Below, piece by piece: positions 62,671 through 64,000 of a DNA stretch of 64,000 nucleotides (position 1 is the first letter of the stretch; each line of letters opens with the position of its first letter). Position numbers and translations under genes: made by a program. This DNA comes from Zygnema circumcarinatum SAG 698-1b (taxonomy: Eukaryota > Plantae > Zygnematophyceae): positions 310,001 to 374,000 of the forward strand of contig CM074821.1 in the NCBI GenBank assembly GCA_037447605.1. The letters run 5' to 3'. The notes beneath the pieces are model-generated. The model was not told the DNA's origin. It saw only the letters and a program-made list of their open reading frames with translations, and did not search any database.

Positions 62671-63931
62671 TCAGAGGATGCAGGATTTCATAAGACCCTT
62701 TTCAAGAGCCAAGCTTTCAGCGTATGTGGCGAGGTATCGCAGATTGAGACCTGACCAAAAATTGATGAATGTGAGAGCATCGTCTTTTGTGCTTCCGGGA
62801 GGCAGAGGGAGCCAATAGCATTGCTGCACAAGGCTCATTTCTCGCCCTCCAATTATGACCTCCTTCACATGTGTAGCCACAGAAGCGTTCTGCATCATTT
62901 CAGGAGAGATAAAAAAAAAAAGAACAGTTTTAGAAAAAAAGCGGAAAATAGGGCACCCCAGAAAAGTAACCAGAGGAAGACCTGAAAACTAACCAAGGTC
63001 CCAAGACCTTGGTCAGAAAAACTTCAAAGGCACCCTAGACCATGCTAACCCTCAACACCTCAAAACAGCAAACAAAGCAAGAATCATCCAAAGTAGTTCA
63101 ACCCAACAGACCCCAATTCAAACAATCCAAAATACTCCCCATTGCAAACGAAAAGAAATACCAACCAATCCAGAAAGCACCCCGAATCTTCCCCAATCCT
63201 CCCAAATCACTCCAGAAACCCCCCCTCCAAATCTAGAGTTACCCCCACCCTTCACCCCCCCGTTCCAAGTGCCTCAAAAAATCAAGCCTCTCCCACCCGA
63301 TTCAAATTTCTCTCCGATTCTAGCCCCCTCATCCAATTCCTCCCCAAATCTAGACCCTCCCCCCACCTCCTTAAAATTCCGCCCGCAAATCCTCACCAAA
63401 CCCACCGACCATGCCCCCTCCCCAAACGCCCCCCCCACCCCCCCCCCTCTCCCCTCACTTACTCTCCCCCCGCTCCCTCTCTACCTCTCTCTCCCACCCC
63501 CGCCCATTTCTCTCCCCTCTTCCTCCCCCCCCTCTCCCCTCACTTCCTCTCCCCCCGCTCCCCTCTCTTCCTCCCTCCCCCCCCCCGCCCATCTTCCTCT
63601 CCCCTCTCCCACCCCCCCCTATCCCCACTCTTCCACTCCCCCCTATCCCCTCTCTTCCACTCTCCCTCTTCCTCTTCCCCACCTCCCCCTCCCCCTCCCC
63701 CTCCCCCCCCCGCACCTCAAGTCCCGAGTCCCCCGCCACGACGGAGTAGAGCAGCGCTCTCGCCGCGTCGTCGCACGTGCGGACGCGCTCGCGGCGCCAC
63801 GTGCCCGCCCCGCCCGAGGCCTGCCGTACGACGCGCTGCTCCGCGCCGCCGCCCCCGCGCTCCGCCTCGCAGCGCCGCACAAGTGGGGCCCACCGCGCCG
63901 CGCCGGCGAAGTTGCGCACCACGCCCCACAC
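62671..63931 (-). CDS. PYR/PYL/RCAR-like START (Bet v 1/SRPBCC) protein, last two exons; 5' exon lies beyond the window
   Basis: Exon 63931-63716 VWGVVRNFAGAARWAPLVRRC..RQASGGAGTWRRERVRTCDDAARALLYSVVAGDSGLE | exon 62889-62671 NASVATHVKEV..SLVQQCYWLPLPPGSTKDDALTFINFWSGLNLRYLATYAESLA. Collinear with PYL VWxxxRRF..SGLPA..ERL..DD..SFxVVGGxHRLxNY..VxESYxVDxPEGNTxEDTxxFVxxxVxLNLQxL. Confidence 0.75.
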
Positions 63932-64000
63932 CTGCATGCATGGGCATGCATGCAACCGGCCCTCACTGTTACAGTTACAGTTACAGTTACGCTTACGGTT

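Overview
Gene-dense eukaryotic nuclear DNA (13 intron-rich protein-coding genes, one cut by the right edge). The genes have close land-plant-type orthologues, so the source is most likely a streptophyte alga such as a Zygnematophyceae member (inference). In order: amidohydrolase (-), orphan helical protein with a Gly-rich hydrophobic hairpin (-), THIM (+), F-box/WD40 (-), NEMP1-like (+), a giant PHD + RINGv + RGG/RS protein (-), PPC synthetase (+), small PH-domain protein (-), RPN8 (+), kinesin-10A/PAKRP2-like (+), FAD oxidoreductase (-), ICME-like esterase (+), and a divergent PYR/PYL/RCAR-like START protein (-, partial). Gene models were assembled by eye from splice signals and reading-frame phase, so exon edges and some start codons are approximate. 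Most long ORFs in the supplied track are artefacts of GA/CT repeats. Most striking: (1) a PYL-like protein with altered gate, latch and ABA-binding lysine, lying tail-to-tail with an ICME homologue whose promoter is packed with G-box/ABRE motifs; (2) an interstitial (TTAGGG)n array interrupted by five copies of a CpG-rich 52-57 nt unit, inside a bidirectional promoter; (3) dispersed arrays of AACCATTGG/CCAATGGTT palindromes; (4) a 7x32-bp tandem duplication of a THIM splice donor; (5) a 2.3-kb (GGAGAG)n intron. No CRISPR, tRNA, rRNA or recognisable transposon ORF was found. Two 10-N assembly gaps are present.
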